A stretch of DNA of 62,357 nucleotides, filler included, from an uncultured Methanosarcinales archaeon (GTDB lineage Archaea > Nanobdellota > Nanobdellia > Woesearchaeales > CAYZNE01), in assembly GCA_964405295.1 (NCBI GenBank). It is 4 parts of 4 records of this genome, joined end to end, with 100 filler letters (N's around TTAATTAATTAA, not from the genome) between each part and the next. Parts side by side here need not be neighbours in the genome. Positions count along the whole stretch, not along the records: positions 1 to 20,514 come from CAYONI010000009.1; positions 20,615 to 37,316 come from CAYONI010000011.1; 2 more parts are not named here. One strand, 5' to 3'. A program made the position numbers and the translations under genes. This document shows, in pieces, positions 20,383 through 31,281 of the stretch. The notes under the pieces are model-generated. The model searched no databases. It was given only the letters and a program-made list of their open reading frames with translations, and was not told the DNA's origin. The number at the start of each line of letters is the position of its first letter. Position 1 is the first letter of the stretch.

Positions 20383-20514
20383 TTCTAAAAACCAAAATCT
20401 ATATAAATGGCTAAGGCTAAAGTGATTTATAAATAGATATGAGGTATTGTTTATGAATTATTTATTAGCGAAAAGAGGGTTATTATTAATTGTCATTTCA
20501 TTATTTTTAGTTTT

Positions 20515-20613
20515 NNNNNNNNNNNNNNNNNNNNNNNNNNNNNNNNNNNNNNNNNNNNTTAATTAATTAANNNNNNNNNNNNNNNNNNNNNNNNNNNNNN
20601 NNNNNNNNNNNNN
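20515..20613. other. Artificial contig linker
   Basis: N-run, TTAATTAATTAA (stops in all six frames) at 20559-20570, N-run. Confidence 0.97.
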
Positions 20614-21032
20614 NGCCACAAATCTCTAATATCAAATATTACTTTTTTATTAAAACATTTTGAAATATAGAAAAGAGGTATTGCTGAAAATAATGGTGGT
20701 GATGAGATAAAAACAATATCAGCCTTAGCAATAATTGGGAATGAAAATAATGATGAAAAAGTAAAAGAAAGGTAATTAATTAACCTTTTAATAATTCCTT
20801 CATTCTTCATTGGTATTTCTGCAAATCTATATACTTGAACACCATTTATCTTTTCTTTTTTCCAGAACCAATTGTAACCTTTTACTAATTTTCCAGTTGG
20901 ATAATTAGGCTGGCCTGTAATTACATTTACATCCCAATTTTTCTTTACAAAATACTCTGCAAAAGCAGACAATCTTTTTGCAGGAGGATTATTCAACGGC
21001 TTATAATACTGGTTTACAAATGTAATTCTCAT
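20614..21032 (-). CDS. Glycosyltransferase family 4, N-terminal part (truncated by contig end)
   Basis: NQYYKP, VITGQPNYP, RLINYLSF, SSPPLF, FDIRDLW. Confidence 0.88.
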
Positions 21033-22105
21033 TTTATTATCTTCTTTATTCTTTCAACAATCTTTTTACAAGCATCCCCATTTCCAAAGTAACTATTTTG
21101 TTCAGAACAAGGATTAAATGATTTTATTGAACTAAGTATCTTTTCTCTATCAGTATGAACTAAAACATTCCATCCATCTTCAATAGTTTCAACCCACTCA
21201 GATGTATCTCTTAGGGTTATACAGGGAACTTTAAAGAAATAAGCTTCTTTTTGTATTCCACCCGAATCAGTCAATATTTTATGAGCATTCTTCTCAAGTA
21301 TCAACATATCTAAATATCCAACTGGTTTAATAAAATTAACATTCTTATCTTGATACTTATCCCATAAATTAAACTCCTCAAGCTTCTTTCTAGTTCTTGG
21401 ATGAATAGGTAAAACAATGAGTTCATTAGATTCAATAAAAGCATCAAAAATAAGTTCTAAATTCTCTTTTGAATCTGTATTTGAAGCTCTATGAACTGTT
21501 GCTAAAAAATATTCCTTAACTCCCAATCCTAACTTCATAAGAATTTTAGATTTTTTTTCAGCAATCTCAACAAATTTGAGAACTGCATCGAACATGACAT
21601 CTCCAACATTATAAACATTTTCTACAATTCCCTCTTTGGAAAGTAAACTAACACCATTCTGAGTTGAGCAAAATAAAATCGAAGAAACATGATCAGTACA
21701 GATTCGGTTTATTTCTTCTGGCATCTCTTTATCAAAGCTTCTACAACCTGCTTCAACATGAATAATGGGAATGTGCAGCTTTGAACCTACCAATGCGCCT
21801 GCGAGTGTTGAGTTAGTGTCACCATAAACAATTATACAATCAGGCTTTTCATCAATTATTATATTTTCTAGTTCAATAAGCATATTTCCTGTTTGAGTGG
21901 CATGATTTCCTTGATTTATATCAAGATTATATTTTGCTAAAGGAATATCTAATTCATCAAAAAATAGTTTAGACATTTCAAAATCATAATGCTGGCCAGT
22001 ATGAATCAAAACCTCTTCTACATCTTTATGATTCTTAATTTCACTACTTAAAATAGCTGCTTTAACAAATTGTGGCCTTGCCCCTATAATTGTAATTATT
22101 TTCAT
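21029..22105 (-). CDS. wecB: UDP-N-acetylglucosamine 2-epimerase
   Basis: GARPQFVK, HTGQHYD, YGDTNST, HVEAG, PEEINR, TDSGGIQKEA. Confidence 0.96.
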   Translation of the reverse strand: MKIITIIGARPQFVKAAILSSEIKNHKDVEEVLIHTGQHYDFEMSKLFFDELDIPLAKYNLDINQGNHATQTGNMLIELENIIIDEKPDCIIVYGDTNSTLAGALVGSKLHIPIIHVEAGCRSFDKEMPEEINRICTDHVSSILFCSTQNGVSLLSKEGIVENVYNVGDVMFDAVLKFVEIAEKKSKILMKLGLGVKEYFLATVHRASNTDSKENLELIFDAFIESNELIVLPIHPRTRKKLEEFNLWDKYQDKNVNFIKPVGYLDMLILEKNAHKILTDSGGIQKEAYFFKVPCITLRDTSEWVETIEDGWNVLVHTDREKILSSIKSFNPCSEQNSYFGNGDACKKIVERIKKIIK

Positions 22106-22265
22106 AATAAATCACTCAATCAATAATCTAAACAAACTCCCAAGTATTTATAACTATTGTGAATTCTAAGACTAGAACATTTATAAATAAAAATCATAAA
22201 AATAAACAATATCCATTCTCGAGTGATTACTAACATTTAAATACTAATATTGCAAGTTTAGGTTT

Positions 22266-22724
22266 ATGGTAGAGGGTACTATAAAAACAGGTGTTGACAA
22301 CTTAATTGAGCTATTAAAGAACACAGACAAAATAACACTAAATGACGCAGCTAAAAAATTAAAAATTAAGACTAAAATTCTACAAAAATGGGTTGATTTT
22401 CTGGTTGAAGAGAAAATAATTAGCGTGGAATACAAGTTTACAGTTCCTTATATCTACTTAAATAGAACAAGACAAGAAGAGAAGAATATTGTCTCAAAAA
22501 AATCGTTAGAGGAAATGAAAACTGCTTTTACAGAAAAAGCTGAAAGGAAGAATATTCCTGAAGAGCATATATCTGCATTATGGGGTAAGAAACTTGAAAG
22601 AGAAATTGAAAATCAAAAAGAATATTTTTTTAGATATGCGAGATTAAAAAAAATTGCAGATATTGAAAAAGCATGGGCTGAATATTGCATCAAAGTAAAA
22701 GGAATTGTAAAAAAAACTAATTAA
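22266..22724 (+). CDS. Hypothetical protein with N-terminal winged-HTH-like domain
   Basis: TGVDNLIELLK...ITLNDAAKKL...WVDFLVEEKII; first gene of the pilus-type operon. Confidence 0.65.
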   Translation: MVEGTIKTGVDNLIELLKNTDKITLNDAAKKLKIKTKILQKWVDFLVEEKIISVEYKFTVPYIYLNRTRQEEKNIVSKKSLEEMKTAFTEKAERKNIPEEHISALWGKKLEREIENQKEYFFRYARLKKIADIEKAWAEYCIKVKGIVKKTN

Positions 22725-22725
22725 A

Positions 22726-24165
22726 ATGGAATTACCTCAATTTTTAAGATCAAAAGCAACTGAATTTATTGATTATAAAATTTCATTAAAACAAAATTCT
22801 AATTATAATATTAGGTCTGAAGAAGTTGGATTATTTCATCAAAACACAGACTATGAGTCAAAAATTAAAGGTTACATGACTCAAGGAAAAGTTAGTGATG
22901 CAAAAAAGTTATACAAAGAACTTCTAGATAAATTTAGTTCTGATTTAGACAGAGGAGTTGCAATAAAATTGGTTACTATGCTAGAAAAAATAACTAGTAT
23001 TATCAAGAATCAACTTCAAGGATATGATCAAGAAGTATTGTTAAAAACAGAGTTTGAAAGATTTGATGAAATTATAGAAGAAAGAAGATTAACACCAGGT
23101 AAAATTACTGGTAACGAGTCTGGGATTAACTTTTTTCAAAATGATAAAAATGAGGAAAAAGCTGTTCAACCAACTAAAAAAATGTTGCCAAAAATCAATC
23201 CAGCTGAATTACCTACTAGAAAAATAATTAAGAAAAAAAATAGAATTATTGCTATAAGACCAAAAATAATCAAGAAAAAACCAATAGAACAACAATTAAT
23301 AGATCAAGCGTTAAAAAAACCATTACAACATCAAGAAACAGAAGAGCATATAAAAATACCACCACACTATCAAAAAATACAATTTATCGATGAAGAAACA
23401 AATGATTTGCTTAATAATATAAATATTGCAAAAGAAAATATTGAAATAGCAATAAGAAATCAAGATATTAATAATGCTGTTGAGACATATAAAATATTAA
23501 GAGAACTATTTTACATGATACCTGATGAAGCTAAAGATGTTAAATCAGAATTATTTTCAGATATGCTTTCTATAAATTTAAGAGTTCATATACTTGCTAA
23601 AGAAATAAATCGTGTTAGAACAAATTTAATAGATAAAGAAAAATATAAAAGAACTATAGAAAAACTTCTTAGCCTTAAAAAAGAAAAAACCCTGCTTGAA
23701 GAAGGACTATACAAACATGAAAGGACTGAACAAATCCAAAATGAGACACAAACAAATGTTTATGAAACTCAACTTCCAGAACTTAGCATAGAAAATTACC
23801 AAGAAGAATACCCGGATTCAATAATAAAAGGTGAAAGTGAAGTTGAAAAACTAAGGAGATTAGCAAAAATCAATAGGTTACAACATGATAAAAATTTAGA
23901 ACAAGAATTTCCTAAAGTAGGCAAAAAGTCCAAAACATTTTTAAGCATAAAACCTAAATTGGATGATAGAAAAACAAACAACATAATATTAAAGCCTCAA
24001 GTTAATAAAATTGACAAACAAATGTTGATTAAAGACTTGTATGCAAAAGGGATAAGAAATATTTTTGAAAAAGATAAAGAGAAGGCAAAAACATATTTTC
24101 AAAGAATACTTCAGATTAATCCCAACTATAAACCTGCACTTATCAGGTTAGAACAAATTTCATAA
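22726..24165 (+). CDS. Hypothetical helical protein with C-terminal TPR-like motif
   Basis: 479-aa ORF ending AKTYFQRILQINPNYKPA. Confidence 0.65.
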   Translation: MELPQFLRSKATEFIDYKISLKQNSNYNIRSEEVGLFHQNTDYESKIKGYMTQGKVSDAKKLYKELLDKFSSDLDRGVAIKLVTMLEKITSIIKNQLQGYDQEVLLKTEFERFDEIIEERRLTPGKITGNESGINFFQNDKNEEKAVQPTKKMLPKINPAELPTRKIIKKKNRIIAIRPKIIKKKPIEQQLIDQALKKPLQHQETEEHIKIPPHYQKIQFIDEETNDLLNNINIAKENIEIAIRNQDINNAVETYKILRELFYMIPDEAKDVKSELFSDMLSINLRVHILAKEINRVRTNLIDKEKYKRTIEKLLSLKKEKTLLEEGLYKHERTEQIQNETQTNVYETQLPELSIENYQEEYPDSIIKGESEVEKLRRLAKINRLQHDKNLEQEFPKVGKKSKTFLSIKPKLDDRKTNNIILKPQVNKIDKQMLIKDLYAKGIRNIFEKDKEKAKTYFQRILQINPNYKPALIRLEQIS

Positions 24166-24184
24166 GGTTATAAAGAGGTGTAGA

Positions 24185-25681
24185 ATGACAGAATTTGGAA
24201 TAGATTCTAAAAGTGAATTAGATAAAAGAGATTTTAAAAAATCAAACGTTCTAGAAACATATTCTCTTAATGTTAATAATATCATAGTTGAAGTAAATAT
24301 TGTTAGTAATGAAGCAAAGGCAGTACCACAATACATTATTTCTATATCAAATATCAGTGAAACAACAAAACTAATCTTGGAAAAAATTAGAGAAAGGTTT
24401 ATTTCAAAAATGTCAATAAAGAGTCTTGAAAAAATAGAAGACTCTAATGTGAATATTAAAGAACGATTTAAGTCAGAAATTCAAAATTTGGTTACAGAAA
24501 ACTTTCCAGATATAAATGTGAAGACAGTAAATATGCTTACAAATTATCTTATTGAAGAAAACCTTGGGCTTGGAAAGATAGAAATTATGTTAAGAGATAA
24601 TGCACTTGAAGAAATTGTTGTTAATGATCATAAAACTCCTGTATGGGTTTATCATAAAAGACATGGCTGGCTAGAAACAAATGTTAGAATTTATACTGAA
24701 GCAAAAATTAGACATTATGCAACCATGATCGGTAGAAATATTGGAAAAGAAATAACAAACCTTAATCCTCTAATGGACGCACACCTTTTAACAGGTGACA
24801 GAGTTAATGCAACACTAAATCCAATTTCTTCTGAAGGAAATACAATAACAATAAGAAAGTTTTCAAGTGACCCATGGACAATTACCAAATTTATTAAAAT
24901 GAATGTTCTCAGTGTTGAAGCGGCAGCATTAATATGGCTTGTTGTTGAAAATGAGCTGTCTATGCTAATTGCTGGGGGAACAGGTTCTGGGAAAACATCC
25001 ATGCTTAATGTTATCTCAAATTTTTTCCCACCAAATCAAAGAATTATTTCTATTGAAGATACAAGAGAGTTAGTTCTACCAGAATCTTTACACTGGGTGC
25101 CAATGGAAACAAGACTTCCAAATCCTGAAGGAAAGGGTGGAGTTACCATGCTTGATTTAGTTGTTAATAGTCTTAGAATGAGGCCTGATAGAATTATAAT
25201 GGGAGAAATCAGAAGAAAGCAAGAAGCAGAAGTTCTTATGGAAGCAATGCATACAGGGCACAGTGTATATGGGACTATTCACGCAAATAACGCCAAAGAA
25301 ACAATTGCAAGATTAACAAACCCTCCAATTGATATTCCAAAAGAAATGATTCCTGCAGTTTCAGTTATTTTAGTTCAAAACAGAAATAGAAGAACAGGAA
25401 CAAGAAGAACTTTACAGATTGCAGAAATACTTCCAAACGGGGAGTCAAGTATTTTAATGCAATTAAATGTTAAAAAAGATGTTATTGAAAAAATAAATTC
25501 ATCAGAAGTATTATTTGATAGACTAAAACTTTATACAGGATTAAGTGGAGATTCACTTGATAAAGATCTAAAGAGAAAGGTTAAAGTTCTTAAGTGGATG
25601 GTTAAGAATAATATTGAAAACGTAAACGATGTTGGAGCGATTATATCTAAATATTATCGTGGAAAACTTAAAATAGAATGA
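24185..25681 (+). CDS. Type IV pilus/Tad assembly ATPase (CpaF/VirB11/FlaI family)
   Basis: LEEIVVN, GDRVNAT, ITIRKF, GGTGSGKT, SIEDTREL, LRMRPDRIIMGEIR, MHTGH. Confidence 0.95.
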   Translation: MTEFGIDSKSELDKRDFKKSNVLETYSLNVNNIIVEVNIVSNEAKAVPQYIISISNISETTKLILEKIRERFISKMSIKSLEKIEDSNVNIKERFKSEIQNLVTENFPDINVKTVNMLTNYLIEENLGLGKIEIMLRDNALEEIVVNDHKTPVWVYHKRHGWLETNVRIYTEAKIRHYATMIGRNIGKEITNLNPLMDAHLLTGDRVNATLNPISSEGNTITIRKFSSDPWTITKFIKMNVLSVEAAALIWLVVENELSMLIAGGTGSGKTSMLNVISNFFPPNQRIISIEDTRELVLPESLHWVPMETRLPNPEGKGGVTMLDLVVNSLRMRPDRIIMGEIRRKQEAEVLMEAMHTGHSVYGTIHANNAKETIARLTNPPIDIPKEMIPAVSVILVQNRNRRTGTRRTLQIAEILPNGESSILMQLNVKKDVIEKINSSEVLFDRLKLYTGLSGDSLDKDLKRKVKVLKWMVKNNIENVNDVGAIISKYYRGKLKIE

Positions 25682-25780
25682 TATCCAATTAAAAGGATAT
25701 CCAACAAAAACAAGTTTTTGAGCATTCAACAAGTTGAATAGTCACAAAAAGCTTAAGCTTTTTTGAGAATAAATAATAAA

Positions 25781-26611
25781 ATGTTACCACAATTTACAAA
25801 AATAATTAAAAGGTTGGCTGATAAACATCCTGAACTAAGGCAAAAACTATTAACAGCAAAGATTGATAAAACGCCTGAAAAATATATGGAGACTGTTGTC
25901 AAAACAGCACTAATGGGTGTTACAGCAATTCTAATATTAGTATTCCTTTTCTTTAGCAAAAACCACAACTTTGCACTTATATTTTTTGGCTCACTATTTG
26001 TATCTGGAATCTTACTTTATCAAATAAACTTCAAAGTCGTTGATATAGCAATAATAAAGAGAGGTAAAGATATTGATAGAGAAGTTTTATTTGCAGGAAG
26101 ATTTCTATTAATAAAGCTTAATAGTGGTCAACCACTTATTAATGCAATAGTTGACGCATCAAAATCGTTCGGTGTAGCAAATAAATATTTCAAAGAGATA
26201 GTAAGAGATATCGATTTGGGAACACCACTTGAAGTAGCAATTGAGAATGCAGCTAATTATAGTGCATCAACTAGATTTAAAAAAATTTTATTTAATATAA
26301 ATAACGCTATAAAAATAGGTATTGATGCCAGAAAATCTTTAAGTTCAATACTTGATGAAATTGCAAATGAACAACTTATTGAAATTCAACGTTACGGTAA
26401 AAAATTAAATAGTTTAACTATGTTTTATATGCTTATGGCCATAATACTACCTTCTCTTGGAATGACTATGGCCGTAGTAATAGCAAGCATGCTTCCAAAT
26501 TTAGGATCAATGACAGGGATATTATTCTGGTTATTTGGTGCAGGAATAGTAATAATTAATATAATATTCATAAACCTGTTTAGAGGCGCTAGGCCTAATG
26601 TAAACATATAG
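25781..26611 (+). CDS. TadB/TadC (T2SSF domain) membrane platform protein
   Basis: TM pairs at both ends, FKEIVRDIDLGTPLE; follows the ATPase; start position uncertain. Confidence 0.88.
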   Translation: MLPQFTKIIKRLADKHPELRQKLLTAKIDKTPEKYMETVVKTALMGVTAILILVFLFFSKNHNFALIFFGSLFVSGILLYQINFKVVDIAIIKRGKDIDREVLFAGRFLLIKLNSGQPLINAIVDASKSFGVANKYFKEIVRDIDLGTPLEVAIENAANYSASTRFKKILFNINNAIKIGIDARKSLSSILDEIANEQLIEIQRYGKKLNSLTMFYMLMAIILPSLGMTMAVVIASMLPNLGSMTGILFWLFGAGIVIINIIFINLFRGARPNVNI

Positions 26612-26621
26612 AGGAAAAAAT

Positions 26622-27644
26622 ATGCGTGATATAAGAATATTTTCAGCGTTTGGTAAAGCATTTATACCTAAAAGAATAGCCCCAAATATAAAAGGGCAAT
26701 TTCTAAAGATAGGTTATAATGAGGTCCCTTATACCTTATTTGGAATGCTATTTTTTGTAACATTTATCGTTACCTATATTATTTATTTTTACCAAATCTT
26801 TAACACTATTAAAACGCTTAATCCTTTAATATTTTTACTTTATACTTTCATAACTTGGACAGTTATACCTTTAGTACTTTCTATTTTAACAATGCTAGGC
26901 ATATATTTTTATTTAGATTTAAAGATATTTAAAAGAGCTAGAGATATGGAAGACAAATTAGCAGATTATCTTACATATGTTTCTACAAACCTAAAAGGCG
27001 GAATGTCATTTGAAAGCTCACTTTGGAGTGCAATAAAACCTGAATTTGGATTATTAGCTACAGAAATGGGTCTTGTTTCAAAAAAAGTTATGACTGGCAG
27101 TGAACTTGTTGATTCACTTGAAGAGTTTTCCGAAAAGTATCCTTCACCAATTATAAGAAGGGCGATGAACTTAATTATAAGTGAAATTCAAAGTGGTGGA
27201 AAAATAAGTAAATTAATGGATAAAGTTATTGAAGATTTAAAGAAAACAAAGCTTTTGAAGCAAGAAATGGCTGCATCAACTCTAACATATGTTATATTCA
27301 TTAGTGCAATTATTATTGTTATTGCACCAGTATTATTTGCTTTATCATATCAATTATTAGATATCATGTTAAAATTTATGGGAAGGTTTGCAGGACTAGA
27401 AATTGCAAATATGCCCATGTCTTTTAGTTCAGAAACAGTAATTGATCCACTGAATTTCAAAAGATTTTCTTTTTTCGCTATATCTATGATTTCTATATTT
27501 GCATCAGTAATCCTATCAATAATCCAAAAAGGGGATTTTAGAAGCGGGATAAAATATATTCCTATTTTCTTAGCATCATCCATATTCATGTATATTCTTG
27601 CCTCAGGAATTTTAAGTAGTCTGTTTTCAGGAATAGTTGTTTAA
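26622..27644 (+). CDS. TadC (T2SSF domain) membrane platform protein
   Basis: NLKGGMSFESSL, EFGLLATEM, SGGKIS, multiple TM helices. Confidence 0.88.
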   Translation: MRDIRIFSAFGKAFIPKRIAPNIKGQFLKIGYNEVPYTLFGMLFFVTFIVTYIIYFYQIFNTIKTLNPLIFLLYTFITWTVIPLVLSILTMLGIYFYLDLKIFKRARDMEDKLADYLTYVSTNLKGGMSFESSLWSAIKPEFGLLATEMGLVSKKVMTGSELVDSLEEFSEKYPSPIIRRAMNLIISEIQSGGKISKLMDKVIEDLKKTKLLKQEMAASTLTYVIFISAIIIVIAPVLFALSYQLLDIMLKFMGRFAGLEIANMPMSFSSETVIDPLNFKRFSFFAISMISIFASVILSIIQKGDFRSGIKYIPIFLASSIFMYILASGILSSLFSGIVV

Positions 27645-28115
27645 TCAATCATATAAAACTTTTAATCTTCTTGTTTTAGGTAAAAAATTATAAAGTTTAT
27701 TCTTTCTTATTAAACCACACCCAAGAAAATCGTCTTTATACTTGAGAAGATAATAGCCATCAGAATCAACTGAGATATCAAAATCAAACCCCTTAAGCCA
27801 ATTCTCAGCTTGGGAATGATCTAACTCAAGAATATTTTTTGTTGCATATTTACCAATGAATTGGGACCCTTCTAAACTCAATCTTAGAGTTTCATCTTTA
27901 TTGATTGTCGCAAAATAAACTCCTACTTTTTCCAATCTAGGTATGTGAAATTTATCCTTTTTTTCTGTTCTTGTGGTAATAAATACCTTTTTCTTATTAT
28001 TTTTCACAAATATATATTTAGAAAACAATTTAGTATCTTCTAAACCGAACTGAGATTGTAACCTCTTAAGTAATATCTTAACTTTTTGTGGGTTTAGAAT
28101 GGTTAAAGACAGCAT
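27645..28115 (-). CDS. NIP7 / RsmF C-terminal PUA-like RNA-binding protein
   Basis: GVYFA...LRLSLEGSQ...WLKG...DFLGCG...NFLPKTRR pattern. Confidence 0.7.
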   Translation of the reverse strand: MLSLTILNPQKVKILLKRLQSQFGLEDTKLFSKYIFVKNNKKKVFITTRTEKKDKFHIPRLEKVGVYFATINKDETLRLSLEGSQFIGKYATKNILELDHSQAENWLKGFDFDISVDSDGYYLLKYKDDFLGCGLIRKNKLYNFLPKTRRLKVLYD

Positions 28116-28793
28116 TTAATCTACCTTTTCTGCTCTTCCTTTTTTTATTAAAACACTTGCAATAAGTTCTGGTAATTCAGAAATTTGTCCTTTTTCATAG
28201 GGCCCAAGAATTTCTTTTTTAGGATCATAAAAATTTGGCATTGAAGACAAGAATTTAATCTTGACCTTACCCAAATTAGGTGAGGGAACTTCAACAGGAG
28301 TCTCAACAGGGATTACTACCTCTTTAGGTTTTTCAGTAATAATTGATTCAGAAATACTATTATCTTCTTGCGAATCGCAAACAACTTTATTAGGTTTAGA
28401 ATCAGATTTCCAAAGATCTTCTTTAAAACATCTAAACAAAGTAACTGTATTTTCAAATAAATCTTTTTCTTCACTAGCAAAAACTTCATAATTAACTATT
28501 GTGCTTGGAATTCTCGCCCTAGAAAGTGCAAGCAGAATTATTTTCTTTTGTCTCCTATCAATAACTTCATTTAATATCTTTCGCATATTCCTACACTCAA
28601 GTTTTTCTTTTTCCAAAGGAAGATTTTCAACCAAAGAATGCTGAGATTCTTTAATCTTTATTGATTCTTGTTTATTGTCTAGAAATGAAACTAAACCTAC
28701 ATAAAAATCCTTAGAAATCTCTTGTAAGTCTTCTCTTGTTTTTTCTCTTCTTAAAAGATCAAATAGCTGCTCATAGCTGATTTCTTCTTCCAT
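28116..28793 (-). CDS. GINS complex subunit (Gins51/Gins15 type)
   Basis: Helical A domain (YEQLFDLLRREK...DFY...RRQKKII), linker, then B domain (LGPYEKGQISELPELIASVLIKKGRAE). Confidence 0.85.
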   Translation of the reverse strand: MEEEISYEQLFDLLRREKTREDLQEISKDFYVGLVSFLDNKQESIKIKESQHSLVENLPLEKEKLECRNMRKILNEVIDRRQKKIILLALSRARIPSTIVNYEVFASEEKDLFENTVTLFRCFKEDLWKSDSKPNKVVCDSQEDNSISESIITEKPKEVVIPVETPVEVPSPNLGKVKIKFLSSMPNFYDPKKEILGPYEKGQISELPELIASVLIKKGRAEKVD

Positions 28794-28867
28794 AAGACTT
28801 ATTAATCTTAAAGCGTTTTTAAACCTTTTGAAAAGCAATTATGGAGTTTAAAAATAGACAAACGCCT

Positions 28868-31273
28868 TTATTCAACAGATAGGAACTTGGGCAACAGCAA
28901 AGATCGATATTTAATCGTATATTCACCTTTTTTATCAAGTTCTTCTAATGAATCTAAGCAAGAAATCTCATTTGGTTCAGGATAAGAAAATAAGCTTAAT
29001 TTAAGCTCAGTGGTATTATCATAAATATCAATAGGTCTAAAATAAACAGGTCTTGATGCATTAAAATCAAGTCCACCCCATGGTGCAGGAATTAAATCTA
29101 TTTGGTCAGGAGGATAGTATTTACAGTGTTTAACTGTGCAAGTTTCATACCATGCACACTTTTCACAAGCCCTATCACAATCTTCAGGTATTGAAACGCC
29201 CCTTTTATCTAAATAAGTTATATCTATTGCATATCTTCCAGGTATTAACTCAACCTCTTCTGTTTCATTACCTGTAATTTTAATAAAAACCTTATAATCA
29301 GGATTTATCTCATCATTAAGCAGCTCAAACTGGATTATTGCAGATTCATTCATAGTTAAATTAATTGATTCATTAGATATATCTGTTCCTTTAATTTTTA
29401 ATTTGCTTTTAACAACATCAAAGCACTCGCCTGAAAACAATAATAAATAATTTAAGCCGGGTATATAACATCTAGTGGGTATTCCAATATCATTATCAAT
29501 TTTATATAAATATTCAATCTCAAATTTCTGCAAAGAAACATTCTTTTTTACTTTTTTATATAATGCAACATTACCCAAATTAGTAATAGTATCTTGACGT
29601 GTAGTTAATTCAATCCTTTTTGTCTCGTAACCATCCTTCTCAAATAAAACATAACCATTATTGCAAATTGGCATTTTTGAACTAAGATAACCAGAACCAT
29701 ACTTTAATTCAGTCATTCCAATAAAGCACTCTGCATAAGTTCCACAACCATAACTAACTTCAACATTTTCTAATGCTTCACCAGTATTTCGATCACTAAC
29801 CATCATAGAAATATTACCGCTATTCATCTGAGATTCTTTACAAAAAATATTTCTTGAAGCTTGTTCACCAGGAATTAATGTTGAGTCTGCAGGTGGCGCA
29901 GAAGTGTCTGTGTTAATTATTTCTAGGTTAATTAAATTGTTATTCCAATTAACCGGGCCCATATCTAAAAGAAGTTCATTAATAACATAATTCTTTCTTA
30001 AATTTATTTCCATAGCAAAAACAAATTCTAATTCATTATTTTTATTTTCTCCATCATAATTTTTTAGTTCAACTGTAAGAGGATAACTTAAGTCATAAAA
30101 AAACTTGTATTGATTTTTGTACTCATTAGATAAAAGAAAATTGAGCTTACTAGCATCAAAAATAGATTGTCTAGGAAAAATTTTATCATCTGAACTTGGG
30201 AAAACATTAACATAGATTGGTTGATTAAAATATATAAAATTTGCTGAAACATCTGAATTATAATCTGAATTAGCATCAAATACAGGTAATATCCCTTGAA
30301 AATAAATTGTTTGCTCTAATAGTTCATTTTCAGGCATTTTATCTATAAAAGAATCATCAAAATTCTTTGTCCCTAAAACTTGAAGTACTCTAGAATAAGA
30401 ATAAATCAAACTTTGAATTTTTTGTTTAACTATACTTTTAGACCAACGCATTTGAAATCTTTCATTATCAGTGTAAAAAAATGGAGGAAGTAAATTCATA
30501 TTAGGGCCAGAATGCTGAGCAATTAAATGTTTAGAAAAAGAAGCCAAATGATTTGTTAAAGATTCATAAATAGTAATATTATAAGCTACATCATATAATT
30601 TTTTTAAAGGTAATTCTGAATCAACATAATAATCATTTATTCTTTGTTGAGCTCCATCTTTGGTTGCCTCAAGCTCATAAGTTAACAAAAAAGTCTGACC
30701 TTCATCATTAATTACTGTATCTACAGAAGGAGAACTCAGAATAGAAACTTCAAACCCAGTTTTTTCTAATTCACTAAATCCCTCTAAACATTTGCCTAAA
30801 TTATTCTCAACATACATAGAAAGTTGTAACTCCATGAATGAAACAGTAGGAATCCAACTACCAACACCACAAGTTTCGCATTCATTTGGGCCACTAAGAT
30901 AATACCAATAAGGAATTTTTACATTACTAGGAGGCGCTCCGAAATCAATTATATCAGATTCTGTAGGATTCATAGGATCATATTCAAAATCAAAATAAGA
31001 ATAGCTAGAATTTAATGGATCAATATATCCTCCATGAAGAGCTAATTCTCGTATTCCTTTTTCAGCAACTTGTTTCATACAAGATTCAACAAAGCCCCTT
31101 ATTGGTTTGAATTCTTCAGGCACAGATTCTAGATCTGCAGCACTAGGTCCTGTAACACCAGGAGTTATTTGAGAATTTATGTAAAAAAATATTCCTACTG
31201 CAATCAGAAGTACTAATCCAATTATTACAAAAATAGTAATTTGGCCTTTTTTGTTAATTCTGTTCCTCACCAT
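28868..31273 (-). CDS. Large secreted protein with class III (prepilin-like) signal peptide
   Basis: NKKG/QITIFVIIGLVLL N-terminus; Cys-rich, acidic extracellular body. Confidence 0.75.
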   Translation of the reverse strand: MVRNRINKKGQITIFVIIGLVLLIAVGIFFYINSQITPGVTGPSAADLESVPEEFKPIRGFVESCMKQVAEKGIRELALHGGYIDPLNSSYSYFDFEYDPMNPTESDIIDFGAPPSNVKIPYWYYLSGPNECETCGVGSWIPTVSFMELQLSMYVENNLGKCLEGFSELEKTGFEVSILSSPSVDTVINDEGQTFLLTYELEATKDGAQQRINDYYVDSELPLKKLYDVAYNITIYESLTNHLASFSKHLIAQHSGPNMNLLPPFFYTDNERFQMRWSKSIVKQKIQSLIYSYSRVLQVLGTKNFDDSFIDKMPENELLEQTIYFQGILPVFDANSDYNSDVSANFIYFNQPIYVNVFPSSDDKIFPRQSIFDASKLNFLLSNEYKNQYKFFYDLSYPLTVELKNYDGENKNNELEFVFAMEINLRKNYVINELLLDMGPVNWNNNLINLEIINTDTSAPPADSTLIPGEQASRNIFCKESQMNSGNISMMVSDRNTGEALENVEVSYGCGTYAECFIGMTELKYGSGYLSSKMPICNNGYVLFEKDGYETKRIELTTRQDTITNLGNVALYKKVKKNVSLQKFEIEYLYKIDNDIGIPTRCYIPGLNYLLLFSGECFDVVKSKLKIKGTDISNESINLTMNESAIIQFELLNDEINPDYKVFIKITGNETEEVELIPGRYAIDITYLDKRGVSIPEDCDRACEKCAWYETCTVKHCKYYPPDQIDLIPAPWGGLDFNASRPVYFRPIDIYDNTTELKLSLFSYPEPNEISCLDSLEELDKKGEYTIKYRSLLLPKFLSVE

Positions 31274-31281
31274 CTTTACTC